Shown piece by piece: positions 22,582-34,869 of a stretch of 64,000 nucleotides of DNA. The first letter of the stretch is position 1. Every line of letters starts with the position of its first letter. Made by a program: the position numbers and the translations under genes. This DNA is from Caecitellus pseudoparvulus. Lineage: Eukaryota > Protista > Bigyra: Bicosoecida. The DNA lies in contig CBFFRQ010000096.1 of the NCBI GenBank assembly GCA_965644315.1, positions 186,001 to 250,000 of the forward strand, written 5' to 3'. Under the pieces are notes generated by a model, which was given only the letters and a program-made list of their open reading frames with translations, did not search any database and had not been told where the DNA came from.

Positions 22582-25500
22582 ATGGAGTGCATTGTCCACG
22601 TCCTGCACTTGGTGGAGGCACTGCAAACAGGTGAGAAGCGTTTCGCGTGGTGGAGTTTCGCTGCCGCACGGCACACCCATGCACGCGCACGCCCACAGAT
22701 ACAGACGAGGCTGAGGTCATGTACACACTGCTGTCTGGCTCGCACTCTGTGACTGGCCAGGCCGCCCTGCCCCGGGGCCTGTCCATGGTGCAGCACACGC
22801 CGCCGGTGGCTTTGCAGCTGTCTGAGGCTGCCGGCAGCACGGCCGCTGTGCGGGTGCGCCTGCCTGGAGGCAGCACAGCCACTGCTCGCCCCGTGCGCAA
22901 GCGCACGGACAAAGTGCAGTGGTGTGAGCTCACCGCCTCTGGCGGGGGCGCCTACGTCGGCAGCATGCTGTGCACGTTCACGACCAGCGCGTCACCCTCG
23001 TCCCCTCGCCGGGCACGCCACACAGCAGCCATGCCTTCCTCGGGGGGCCAGGGCTGTGACGACATGCGGCCGCGCCTGGCCTGGCACAGCCTGCCGTCCT
23101 GGACCAAGGGCGTGCTGTCCCCCCTGCCGCAAGAAGGGGAGGTGGCCCGTGCCCGACTGCGCCACCGCCTCGTGGACTATGCCGCGCTGGTCACGGACAC
23201 GCCAGGCGCCGTGGCGCTGCTGCACACGCGCAGCGGGGCTGCCCTGCACCAACGGCGCGAGGAGGGCAACCCCGCAGTGCTGTGGAGGTGGCCCCCCCCC
23301 GCTGAGGAGGGGGCTGCCGACGGGGGCCTGCCCCCCTCCGCCGCCCCTGGCTCCTTCAGCGACACGGAAAGCGACAGCACCTCCACCAGTACCAGCAGCA
23401 GGCACGGCATGACCTCTGACGGCAGTGTGGGGCCTGGTGCCGCCGACAGCGCGGGGGGCGGCGGCCGCTGCCCCTCCCAGCTGCTGGTGCGAGGCGGGCA
23501 CGCCGACACACCCTTCCCAGAGGCACTGCACTTGTTCGCGTTCGGGGACGGCGGCGGGCACGCGCCGCCCGGCACCCTGCACACCTTCGCCCTGCACGCG
23601 GAAGTGCCCCACTCCCACACCATCTCCCACGGCGTCGCCATCGAGCTGCCCCGGGCATCGTCCTGTGCGCCAGACCCCGCCGCCCTGCGCCGCGCCGGGC
23701 TACATCTAGGCGCCCTGCCCCGCCTCCGCTTCGTGCTCATCACGCGCCGCGGCTGCGTGGGGGAGCTGGCGACGCTGCTGCAGGACGCCCTGGTCTGCGA
23801 CCTGCGCCGCCGGGCGGCTGGGCTGCCCCCCCTGTGGATCGTGCCATCCGCAACAGTGTCCAAGCACAGCCGTGCGTGGCGCAGGGGGGGACCCCGCCCC
23901 CTGCCCCTCGCGCACAGGTGCAACAGTGACGCGGGGCCCACCCTCACCTCCCCTGCTGGGGTGCAGGGCCACGTTCCGGAGGCGTTCCCCACTGCGGAGA
24001 GTGGGCCCAGCTCCCCGCGCCGGCAGCGCATGCGGTCTCCTGTACGGGCCAACGGTGGGGAGGGCCTGTCCCAGCACCGCAGAGGGCATGACCAGGGTGG
24101 ATCAGGCGGCATACAGGTGAAGGTGGGCGCTGGTGGCCGGGTCATGTTCGTGGCGGAGGCCAGTGCCGTGGAGGAGGGGGGGTCGACCCCCCCTCTGGAG
24201 CCACCCGGCGCCCCCCCCACTCTGCCTCCGGCCCCTGCCGCAACAGCACACGCACCCCCGCAGGCACCCTTCCGAGGCGCATCCGCCTCTGCCGCAGGCC
24301 TCGAGGCCGGTGCGGAGTTGGCAGACTTCACGACACCCAGGTACACGGACGGCCCAGTGGGGGGGCTGTGGGGGGGTGCTGACCTGGCCCACGCCGCCCC
24401 CCCCTCACCCCCAGACCACACACCCCCTGCCCTGCTGCTGACCCCCGCCGCTGCCAGCGGGCACTGGGTCCAGTGGCTGGCCACCGTGCCGCCCACGCCG
24501 CCTGGCGCAGTGCCCACCCGCCTGCACCTCCCCACGCCCTCCGCCCTGCAGCGCTTTGCCTGTGCGGGGCAGGGCTTGCCTCCCCTCTCGCCGGCAGACT
24601 TCGTGGCCGTGCAGCTGCCGGGGGATGGCGTGCTGCCGCTGCCAGCGCTGGGCCACCGCGCCGCCCTGGCCGCCCTGGCGCCAGATGTCCTGCTACGGGC
24701 GGTGGAGTTGCTGGCCCAGGAGGCGCAGGTGCTGGTGGTGGGCGCCAGTGCGGCGCAGGTGGTGGCGGTGTGTGAGGCCCTGCCCACGCTCCTGGCCCCC
24801 CTGCACTGGACTGGCAGCCACATCCCCCTCCTCCCCACCACCTTCATGGACGACTTGCTGCAAGCCCCCATCGCCTTCCTGTACGGCGTCACGGCTGCAG
24901 CCCTGCGCCGGGCCCTGGCCCCCGTGCCTGCCGCCCTCTCCTCGCACCGGCGTGCAGGGCGTGACGTGAACCTGGCCCGCCTCGTGGACTGCCCTGGCGC
25001 CGTGGCGTTCATGGTGGGGGCGGAGGGGCCTCGCCTCTTGCCCGTGGCGGGCGTCAGCATGGGGGAGATGTTTGCAGAGGCGGCCTGCCCCGGCCGCGTG
25101 CGCCGGCGACACCTGCACTCCAAGCGGCACCCCCCCATGTCTCCTGCAGGCATTGCAGCCCGCACGGTGCAGAGCATGCAGAGTGGCGAGGGGGTGGCGG
25201 GGGGGGGTGGCGGCGAGGACGTGCAGGCCAGGGACCGAGCCCTGTCCCTGGATACCTTCGACGCCCTCTCCTCCACGGTGTCCTCCTCGCATGGCGGCCT
25301 GGGCACCGACGCCTCCACCTGCCACGCACACGTGCTGGACCTGGACGCAGGCGGCTTCGTGCAGGGCGGGCTCCGAGGCTGGGCCTTGCACCAGGCAGCC
25401 ACCGGCCGCTGGGCGCCGCCCCTCCCGGCCGAGTGTGAGTGCCAGTGGACAGTGCGCATGACCAAGCGGGTGGCGGCACCTCGCGCGCCGCCGCCTCGCG

Positions 25501-28500
25501 ACCTGCCTCAGCGCAGGTGGCCGCCCCGCCACCCTGTGCCCGAGGGCCAAGTGCACGTCGTGCCAGCCGCAGCCGGTGCCGGTGCACATGGCGCCGACGG
25601 CAGTGCCAGGGAGGAACAGGATTCCAGCGCTCTGAGCGAGCAGTTCCTGCCGCACTGCGTGGCGCTGCGCAGCACGCTGCTGAAGGCGCCGGAGCTGGCC
25701 AGCAGCCCGCCAGTGCTTGCTGGCGCCGCGGCGGAGTTGGCGCCCCTGCATGCCGCTGCGTCGCATGCTGCAGGTGCATGGGGACCTCAACATGACCTGG
25801 CTGTTGCTGGCATCATGCTGCGCTTCATGTGGCACCTGCTGCGAGGCATCAGTGACGTAGCGTGGGTGCCCGGCGGAACGCGTGTGTCCTCCACCCGCTT
25901 CGCGATCCTGAAGCGGAAGGAGCTGCAGCTGGCGCAAGAAACGGAACACATCTGTATTCAACAGCTGCCCTTCATGAGTTCTCGACGGCTGCGACGAGCG
26001 CAGGCCTTCTTCCGCGCCTTTGCGGGCTCACAGGCGGTGGGCTCGTTCCTGGAGCGACACTCTGCAGTGCACAGCAGCACACTGTGGGAAGGCCTCCTGC
26101 GCCTGACTGCCGACCCGTCCGATGCATCGGCAGAGCAAGTGGGCGGTGCCTGGCGTGCGCCACGGCTGGCCATTCCGCCCCCTCGCCCTGCCGAAGGCAG
26201 CAACGGCTCGTTGTGGACTCCTGCGCGGCAGCAGGACTCTGGGGCCTTTGGGGAGGATGCCCCATTCAGCTCCAGCGCCTCCCCCGCCGATGTGTCGATG
26301 CCCCTTCAAGACGGCCACTTCACTGTGGACTTGAACGGCTGGGTGACGGCAGCGGGGGTGGTGGCGGGGCGCACCCCCCGTGCAGTGCCCTACGCCACCC
26401 TGGACTTCACACTGGGGCACGTGCAAGTGCTGGGGCACCGCAGCAGCATGCAGCGGTCAGCCCGCATGAGCTTGCCAGGCCCTGGCGCGGCGCCCCCCCG
26501 CAGACGCACCCCCGCCACGTGCCCCTCCTTCGACTGGTCCGCCTCGGCAGGCATCTGGCCCGCCCCAGACACCACAGGCCCTGGCTTCCTCGGGTCGATG
26601 GGCAGCCTGGGTACAGTGCACTTCCTGCCCCTTGCGTGGGACGTGTTCCCCTTGCCGCCACTGTGGGGTGGTGGGTACCGCGGTGCGCTGCGGGATGTGC
26701 CGGGCCAGGCGGGCTTCCTCGCCGAGGCGCCAGCTGTGACGGCGGCCGCCTGGGCAGCCCACGCAGCCACCAGCCTCCGGGTGGCGCAAGGCACGTCCAC
26801 GCACGGCGTGCTGCTACGACCGCCCAGTGCCGGTGGAGACCCCCCCTCCACACCCCTGCACCTGCAGGCCCACAGCCGCCTGGCCCAGGGCACATCCTGG
26901 CGCCATGCGGCCTGGGCAGCCCTTGCCTCGTGTGGAGACTTGGCGTCCTGCCTGGCGCGAGGGCAGCCAACCCATGGCCTGGTGTGGCGTGGCGCCTGCC
27001 ACCTATGGCCGCCGCCGCCTGGCGCGACCTCTGGCATCCACGCCATGGCCCAGGCAGCAGAGGCGGCGGCAGGGGGGGGGCATGGCTTGCTGTCCCTGCC
27101 CCACGGCCCAGGCAGGGACGGCGCGGCACAGCTGGAGCTGCCCATGGCTGGCGTCGGGCAGGCGCCGCGCATGCCGTGGCCCAGCGCCGGGCGGCTGCTG
27201 GGGCGTCCCTGGGAGACGGAGGCGCCTGTTGCCGTGACCGCTGGGTGGGGGGAGTTGCGCCTGCCTTGCACAGAGGCATCCCCGTGCGGGGAGGCGGCCT
27301 TGCAGCGCCTGCAGAACTTTCACGAGGCGCTGCCGGTCCTGGCCATGTCGCGGCATGTGGTGTCGCGGCACCCGGCCGTGCGATCTCTCGTCGCGCTCAT
27401 GGCAGCCCTGCTCGCGCCCACCAAGGACGACTTGCAGGCGCAGGGGCAGGCCGATGCTGCCGCGCCTGCCATGGCCGACGTCGTCGCGGCACTGGCCAGG
27501 GGTGGCGGCGTGCCGACTCCAGTGCCCGGTGGACCTGGCGTGGCCACGCACGACCTCAGCTCGGACGTCTCAGGCCTGCCCCTCTCTGTGCGCCTGCGCA
27601 TGGTGTCCCGGGCCCGGGCCGCCCACGCTGCTGTGGCCGCGTCCACGCCCCTCCTCGTCGAGCTCCGCGAAAGCGGCGCCGCTCTAGGACCCCTGCACCC
27701 CGGCCTGCACGCCGGGCTGGGCAAGGTGCTGCAAGGCTTCGCAGATGCCACTTGGCGCGTCGCCTTTGTGCAGATGCTGCAGCAGCACGTGCTGGTGCTG
27801 CGCGGGCACTCCCGGTCCACGGCCGTCGGCATCGTAGCTGGCGCTGAGCCTGGATCCGCTGCTGCAGCCATCGCCGCCGACCCCCGCGTGTCTGCCCACG
27901 AGGCGCCTGCCCTGGACATGGGTGCAGGAGAGCCCTCGGCGAGCCTGTTGCCGCAGCTGGGCTTGGGTGTGTTCCGAGCGCGGGCGGAACACCTGACGCC
28001 CCTCACGATGTGGGGCCCAGGCGCCGCCGCCATCACCCTCGCCGCCCGCGTCCTGGTCACGGCGTGTGTGTTGGAGGGCGACTTTGACACGGCGGCAGCC
28101 ATGATGCAGGTGGCAGACCACCTGCACGTGCACTTTGACCCTGCCTGGCTGAGCGCCCTGCAGTCCTCTGCCCTGGCGGCCGGCGCCCTGCCCCCTGCCA
28201 CGCCGACCGAGGGCGAGCGGGCCTTGGGCAGCATGGCAGACAAGGCCAGCCCAGGGGATGCCATCGCAGCCCTGGCTGCTGTCGCGACGCGCCAGCTGTC
28301 CACACTGCCCTGGCCCGTGCTGCTGAGCCACACCTGCCCGCCGTGGCAAGCCGTGCTGGCCAGCGCTGGGGCGTGGCGGGGGGAGGAGGGCGGCGGGTCT
28401 GCCGCGGACCATGCGGCAGACCCGCTGCAGCCCCCCCCTCGCCCCCTGCGCTTCACCCTGTCGGCACACCTGCCCTCCCTTGCCCACGGCGTGAGCCTGC

Positions 28501-31334
28501 AGCGCCTGCTGGTGCTGGAGGCAACAGCTGCGGGGCACAGCGACCCCTTCTGGGACGCCGTCATGCGCAGCACGTTCGCACCCCACATGCGGCGCGTGGG
28601 GCTGACGACGCCGCCGGCGACCCCCGAGTCCCCCACTGCCCCAGGCCTGGAGGGCCTGTTCCTGGAACAACTGCACCCCCTCGTCGCGGCGGGGGCACCA
28701 CCACGCGTGCTGTCCCAGTGGGCCGCCGCCCTGCCCCTGCCCAAAGACTCCGTCGTCGCCCTCAGCGCTGCCGTGGCCAGCGTGACGCAGGGCGAGGCTA
28801 GGTCACACCAGGCGGCAGTGGCGCCACCCTCCGCAGAGTCGTCGCCAGGCCGGCCCCGCAGCAGCTCCGCAGGGGTAGTCCACGACGAAGCGGAGGGTGG
28901 GCCCACCCCCCGCTGCAGGGCGTCCTCTGCACTGCCAGCCCCCGTCGGCTTCAGCGTCACCCGCCCCGCCGGCGCCCTGCACAGCAGCCACACGGGCGTC
29001 AGCGTTGCCGGCGCCGCATCGGGCAGCCCGGAGGCGGTGGATGTGGCAGCAGTGCTGCAGCGCTCGCCCGTGCGGCAGGACCCCCTGGCAGGGCGGCACA
29101 CGGCCTTCCCCGCCACCCCGTGGGCCCACCTCCCCCCTGCCCCTGACGCTGACCTGCGCTCCCCCGTGCTGCGTCGACCCCACTGGCTAGGTCTGCGCAG
29201 CGTGCTGGATGCTCTCGGGCGCCTGCACCCCCCCTCGGCCGCAGAGGGCGCAGTGACACCCCACACGCCCGGCCGTGCCTACGGCACTCTGCTGCGGGGC
29301 TTCAGCCCCGCCAAGGCTGACCCAGGCAGCAAGGCGGTGACGCCTGGCTCGCCGCCCCCTCCTCCGCGCCAGTGGGTGCTGCCTGACACGCCCTGGATGC
29401 CCAGTGGGCCCATCGCGCCCCAGGACCTGCAGCTGCTCTGCCACAGCGTGAGCCTGGCGCAGCAAGGCACCGCCATAACCTGCGTGGACATCTTGTCAGC
29501 CGGAGCGGCCAGCCTCCCCCGCCTGCCTCGTGACGCCTTGCCGGAGCAGGCAGCCGGCATGACGGAGGTGGTGCTGGCGGGCACGAGCACGGGAGCCTGT
29601 GTGCTGTGGGACGCCGTGACAGGGCAGACGCTGCAGGAGGCGTGGAGTGCACACACAGGCACGGTCGTGGGGGGGCGCCTGTTGCGCCTGGCAGGGGAGG
29701 GGCCCTCTCTCCCCCCTGCCCTGCTCTGTGTCACGGCGGGGAGGGCGGGCTCCGTGGCGGTGTCCCTGCTGCCACATGCGCCACGAGAGCACACCTTTGC
29801 GAGGAGTGCCAGCGGTGAGGGTGACGGGGCCGGGCGTGGCGGGGGCGCCCCAACGACGCCCATTCCGGTGGTGGATGTGGGCGCTGCGCCCCCCACGTCA
29901 CAGCTCACGTGTGCCCAGCTCCCGCCAACCCACCCACTCACGCCGCCTGGGCAGGATGCCTCCAGTGCTGTTTCCCTGCGAACCCGCCTGGGGCGCATGT
30001 TCGGCGTGCGGGCGGGCGGGGTGGGCACCCCCCCTTCCGCGACGCCAAGAGGGGACAGCACACCGCCACCTGGCATTCTGTGTATGGACGCGGCATGGCT
30101 GGACGCCACGGGCGCCCTGCTGTCCACCCATGGACCCGGTGCACCCCAGGCCCTGGCACAGCCGCGGGCATGCCTCCTGGCCGCTGCAGGGCTGACGTCA
30201 GGGGAAGTGGCTCTGTGGACAGTGACAGTGCGCCGCAGCGACGGTGGGGAGGGGGAGGGGAGCCACTCGCCCCGGCGCCGCAGCAGCCTGCGCCTGTGGC
30301 GCGGCAAGGAAGCCTCCACACCGCCGCCTTTCCACATCAGAGCCCCTGCGCCGCTGCTGTGCAGTGGCGGGCACGCTGAGGACAGCTCCGTGCAGGGCGT
30401 GGCGCTGGCCACACTGCAGGTGGGCACTGCGCCAGTGGTGCTGTCTTGGGATCGTGCGGGGGTGGTGTGTGCCTGGTGCAGCGTGACGGGGGGGCTGCAG
30501 CAGATGTGGCGTGCGCACAGCCGCGCCATCATCACAGGCCACGTCTTGGACAACCCGTACAGCGACGGCTGCCTCCTCGTCACAGGTGGGCTGGACGGCG
30601 TCGCGAACGTATGGGCACTGAGTGCGCTGGGCACCGCCGCCCCTCCCGCGCCAGGTGCCGTGCCGCCCGCTGAAGGCATAAACGTCCACCATGCTGCCAG
30701 CCTGGCCTGCGGTGCCCCCGTGTGGGCGGCCACGTCGGGCTCGCTGCCGGCGCTGAACCGGGTCGTGGTGGCGGTGGGTACGGAGGCAGGTCGCGTGCTC
30801 ACCTGGGCGTTCCGCTGTGTCTCCCCCGCCACCACCATCCTGGGATCCTGGGCCAGCACCGTCGCACACCAGGCAGCAGTGCTGTGCTGCCACCTGCACG
30901 CCCCCTCGGGGCTGCTGGTGACGGGCTCGCAGGATGCAGCGGTGATGCTGCACAACGTCGCACCTGCGTTGGGCGCCAGCGGTGAGCCGGCTGCCACAGC
31001 GCCCACAGTGCACTGGTCCCTGCCCAGTGACAGTGGCGAACCAGCCCCTGGCCGAGTGCAGTGCTCTGGCGAGCCCGTCTGGTCCACGCACGACTCAGAG
31101 GGCGCAGCGGAGGAGGGCGAAGGCGTTTCCGGTGCAACTCTCGCCCTGCGCCGCTCCAAGGCATGCCACTTAGCCCAGGTGTCCTCTGTCCACCTCGTCC
31201 CAGGTGGCGTCGTCAGCGCGTCGTGGGACGGCAGTGTGAAGGCGTGGCATGCCCTCACAACTGACGCCGCTGGCGCCTTGGCAGCTCGCGAGGCGGCCCG
31301 CTTGCGAGCGGCGCCTGGCACATCTGAGGGGTAG
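22582..31334 (+). CDS. Giant DENN-domain and WD40-repeat protein (Rab GEF; DENND3/SCD1-like architecture), ~2900 aa
   Basis: cDENN core LLAQEAQVLVVG…VCEALPTLLAPLHW…HIPLLP…LLQAPIAFLYGV, and WD40 repeats (AH…LLVTGGLDGVANVW, LLVTGSQD, VSASWDGSVKAW). Exon 1 is 22582-22630, intron 22631-22698. Confidence 0.8.
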
Positions 31335-31404
31335 CACGATCACGTCACACGCCGTGGGACGGAGATGATGGTCTGCATTTCACATGGGTGCGCCCAGCCT
31401 GCCT

Positions 31405-33261
31405 TCAGCGCGCGCTGGCCAGCAGGCGGTGCATCTGCTCCTCCTCGTCACGCCACTGCTCCCGGCCAGTGCCGTCCCGCCGGGGACCACGGGCGGTGAG
31501 GGTGAGGCCAGCGGCGGCCGCGCCGCGCCCCCGAGCCACCAGCTCCTGCGCCACCTCCTCCAGCACACTGTCGTCGTCCTCCACCTCTGCCAGGCGTGCT
31601 ACCGCCGCAGCGCGCTTGCGTGCCTCCTCGCGCTCTGCGACGTGGGCCTTGGCGGCACGCTGCTTGTCCAGCTGCCGCGCAAACCACTCCTTGCGCTTGA
31701 GCGCTGCCAGGCGCTCCTCCTCGTCCTCCTTCTCTGCCGCAGCTGCACGGGCCTTGAATACATCCTTCTGCCGGGCCTCTGCCTCCTTGTCCTGCTCCTC
31801 TGAGCGTTTCTTAGCCGCCACCTGGGCGTCCAGCGCCGCGCGCATGGCTGCGCGCTCCTGCTGCTTCCACACGCGGTCTTGCTCCTCTGCAGCCTTCACG
31901 CGCTCCATCATGGCCTCGTACTCGCGGCGCACACGTGCCTTCTCCTCCTCAGAGCGACGCTTCTCCAACGCCTTGCGCTGGTTCGCCATTTGGTGCATCG
32001 TGTCGTGCCGGCGGTAGACGGCGGCGATGGCAGCTTCACGCGCCTCCGCCTGCTCGTCCATCATCTGGTTGTACGCAGCCAGCAGCTTCTTGTCCTCCTC
32101 CTGCTGCTTGCGCTTCAGCGCCTTGGAGTCCTTCAGCCGCCCCTCGTTCGCCTCCATCAGCTTGCGCACCTCCTGCCGCCGCTTGCGGTAGTGCGCCTTG
32201 TCCTCCTCCTCCTCCGCAGCGGCAGCAGCGGCAGCAGCCTCCACCAGCGCCCGGTCGTGGGCCAGGGACGCCTCCTTCTCTGCCTTCAGCTTGGCCTGGT
32301 GTGCGGCGATCTGGGACATGCGGTCTTCCCTCTGCGCCGCCTCCTTGGCCCGAATGCCCTTGCGGATGGCCTCCTCGCGCGCATTCTCCTCGGCCGCGCG
32401 CTCCTCCTCGATGCGCCGGAACTCCTCGTCTTCCATCTTCTCCTGCTCCTTCATCCACTCCCGCTCCTTGCGCATGCGCTCGATGTCGTCCAGCATGGCC
32501 TGCTGCTTCTGCCGCCGGCGCTGGGCCTCCGCACGCGCTGCGCGCCGGGCCTTGACCTCCTGGATCACGTGCTCCACCACCTCCGGCTCCGGGTCCGCCA
32601 GCACCTCATCCCGCACCGCCTCAATGAGCGGCTTGTCGGTAGGGCGCTGCCACGTGCGCCGTGCCGAGGCGCCAGGCGGCACGTGGTGCAGGCCCCCCGT
32701 GTGCGCCATGCCCAGGTGGTCGGCACGGTGCACCCGTGGCACGGTGGGCAGGGACGCCACCTCCTGCTCGCCGCCTGCACCGCCCTTGCTCTCCTGCACA
32801 CCCACGTGGAACTCCGTCACCGGCTCGCCCCCTGCGGGGGAAGGCTCTGCGAAGCGCGCGCTGCGCCCCCCGCTGTGCGCCGGCTGCTGGCGGGCTGAGC
32901 CACGGGAGGCTCCGCGGCGACCACCGCCGCCACGCCGGCCAGACTGCAGCGCGTCCAGGTCCACGTCCCGGCCAGAGGGAGGTGGCACCTCGTCATACAC
33001 GTCTTGTTGGTGTCCATGCCGTGCGGGCTGGTAGCCCACGCCTCGTCGGCCCGTGGACATGAGGCTGCCGCCTGTGGAGCGCAGTGCTGCCGAGCCCCGG
33101 CTGGAAGCAAAGCCGCCACCCCGGCGAGCTGAGCCGCCGCCCTTGCCTCGGGACCGTGAGAGCTGGTTGCTCAACTTCTGTTGGAGAGCCTTCAGGGCTG
33201 GAGCGTTCACCTTGCGCCCCGCAGCGACGAAGGAAGCCACCTGCACAGGCAGCGGAGGCAT
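31405..33261 (-). CDS. Long coiled-coil (trichohyalin-plectin-homology-like) protein, probably ciliary
   Basis: E/R/K/Q/A-rich heptad region of about 400 aa after a low-complexity N-terminus; likely start MPPLPVQ at 33261. Confidence 0.7.
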   Translation of the reverse strand: MPPLPVQVASFVAAGRKVNAPALKALQQKLSNQLSRSRGKGGGSARRGGGFASSRGSAALRSTGGSLMSTGRRGVGYQPARHGHQQDVYDEVPPPSGRDVDLDALQSGRRGGGGRRGASRGSARQQPAHSGGRSARFAEPSPAGGEPVTEFHVGVQESKGGAGGEQEVASLPTVPRVHRADHLGMAHTGGLHHVPPGASARRTWQRPTDKPLIEAVRDEVLADPEPEVVEHVIQEVKARRAARAEAQRRRQKQQAMLDDIERMRKEREWMKEQEKMEDEEFRRIEEERAAEENAREEAIRKGIRAKEAAQREDRMSQIAAHQAKLKAEKEASLAHDRALVEAAAAAAAAEEEEDKAHYRKRRQEVRKLMEANEGRLKDSKALKRKQQEEDKKLLAAYNQMMDEQAEAREAAIAAVYRRHDTMHQMANQRKALEKRRSEEEKARVRREYEAMMERVKAAEEQDRVWKQQERAAMRAALDAQVAAKKRSEEQDKEAEARQKDVFKARAAAAEKEDEEERLAALKRKEWFARQLDKQRAAKAHVAEREEARKRAAAVARLAEVEDDDSVLEEVAQELVARGRGAAAAGLTLTARGPRRDGTGREQWRDEEEQMHRLLASAR

Positions 33262-33802
33262 GGCGCAGGTGCAAGAAACGGCCACTTCACCACCGCGCAG
33301 CCACAAAGCCGCGCTCGGCACGGAGCAGCGCCACCGCGAGAGGAAATATGCAGTATACAAGGCCCCTCGAGGGGACGACCCTCTGCCTCCCAGGGGACGT
33401 GGCCAGTGCCGGCCTCAAGAGAAAACGGCAGCAACGTCGCTGCGACCCACCTCTCGCTCGATGGCGTCCACGACTTCAGGCCTGCGGCAGAGCGATACAA
33501 CAGGTGCCAGCCCATGGCTTCAGCGCACAGCGACGTGGGCTGCACGCACGAGTCTCCGAACTTGCGGGACAGCGTGCCTCGCAGCGCCGCCCCCAACTGC
33601 GCCCGGCGCCCGCTGGCAGTGCTGCGCCCAGACATGTCCATGGTGTCGCAGGGAGGGGAAATTCGCCAGCCAGCAGAAACAGGCCCAATAGCCTGCACTG
33701 GTCGTGTCGAAGATGCCGTGCAAGTGCTCGGCCGTGTCGTGGTATTTGACCCGCTTCCGCGAATTGCATTCCGCTCTGCATCACACTCACGGCTACCAGG
33801 CG

Positions 33803-34360
33803 TCAGCGCGCAGCACGCAGCAGCACCATGACACGCCGCCCCCGACGCAGCACCGTCCCGTGCCACACTGCATCTCCCCGCAGCTCCCTCGCTCGTGGCG
33901 TCGCTTCCAGCGCCCGTCGCGGCACCACCGCACGGTCCCCCTCCAAACTCAACAACAACGTCAGGCAATCACCTCCGCTTGGCATGGCCGCACAAGCCAG
34001 GCTGTCCACATCCAACGTGTGACCAGACAAGTGCCTGCCTTGCACTGGGGTTTGTAGCAGCAGCGCTACCGCTTCAGTATTGCCAACGCAAACCACCGAC
34101 CTGAGCATGAGCTGCGCGTAGTAGTGCGTGGGCCCACCAAGAGTCACTGGTTGGATCAGAAGAGCTGTGAGCGTGTCCAGGTGCCCATTTCGTGCGGCTG
34201 CCTCAGCTGAACTGAGCAAGATCGCGCCAGGCTCCTTCCCTGCCTTGGCCAGGCTGCCGAGGCTCCGCAGCATGTCGGCAGTGTCGCCTTGCCCCGCCGC
34301 ACTCAGCACGGATATACGGTGCCAACCACCGCCAGTCAAGCTGTTTAGCACACCAGCCAT
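33803..34360 (-). CDS. Small intronless degenerate ankyrin-repeat protein
   Basis: Ankyrin-like units AAGQGDTADMLRSL, AARNGHLDTLTALL, VCVGNTEAVALLL and GGDCLTLLLSLEGDR; likely ATG at 34360. Confidence 0.55.
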   Translation of the reverse strand: MAGVLNSLTGGGWHRISVLSAAGQGDTADMLRSLGSLAKAGKEPGAILLSSAEAAARNGHLDTLTALLIQPVTLGGPTHYYAQLMLRSVVCVGNTEAVALLLQTPVQGRHLSGHTLDVDSLACAAMPSGGDCLTLLLSLEGDRAVVPRRALEATPRARELRGDAVWHGTVLRRGRRVMVLLRAAR

Positions 34361-34869
34361 GCAGCTGGAGCGCTTGTGTGGGCAGCCCGCTGGGTGCACG
34401 CCCCTGGGCGTGGCACAGCAAACACGTCCAAGACTCCTTGCCGCCTACTCTGTGCTGTCAACTTGGACCGTGGGTGCGCTTGGAAAAGCAGGTGAGGGAC
34501 AGGGGTTCTGGTCATGCAATATCCCGTTTCGTTAGGTTGGAGACTGTGAGGCTCGCAGGATTTTGTGCCGGACAACGGCACAGGTGAGGACAAGTCCCGC
34601 AGGCGAAGATGTGAGCCAGCGGCGCCACGCCCCCTCGCCCAGCCCCCCCAAACGGCCAGGGCAGGATATTTGGCACTTTCTAAACCCCACCGTCCAAAAG
34701 CAAGTAGCTGCTTGACTGGGATTCCTGCCCCAGCATGCTCTTGCGCCCTGCCCACCGTGCTGTGCAGCGTGCTGTAAGTGTTGCTGCAGGGAGCATATTC
34801 CGCAGCTCCACGCGTCTGCCTTGTGGGGCCGGCCATTCAATCCAACGAGTGCACCCAGCGAGTTTCACC

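Noticed and set aside
33513-33831. Plus-strand ORF MASAHSDVG…
   Set aside because: It has no motif, weak codon bias and overlaps the end of the ankyrin-like ORF.
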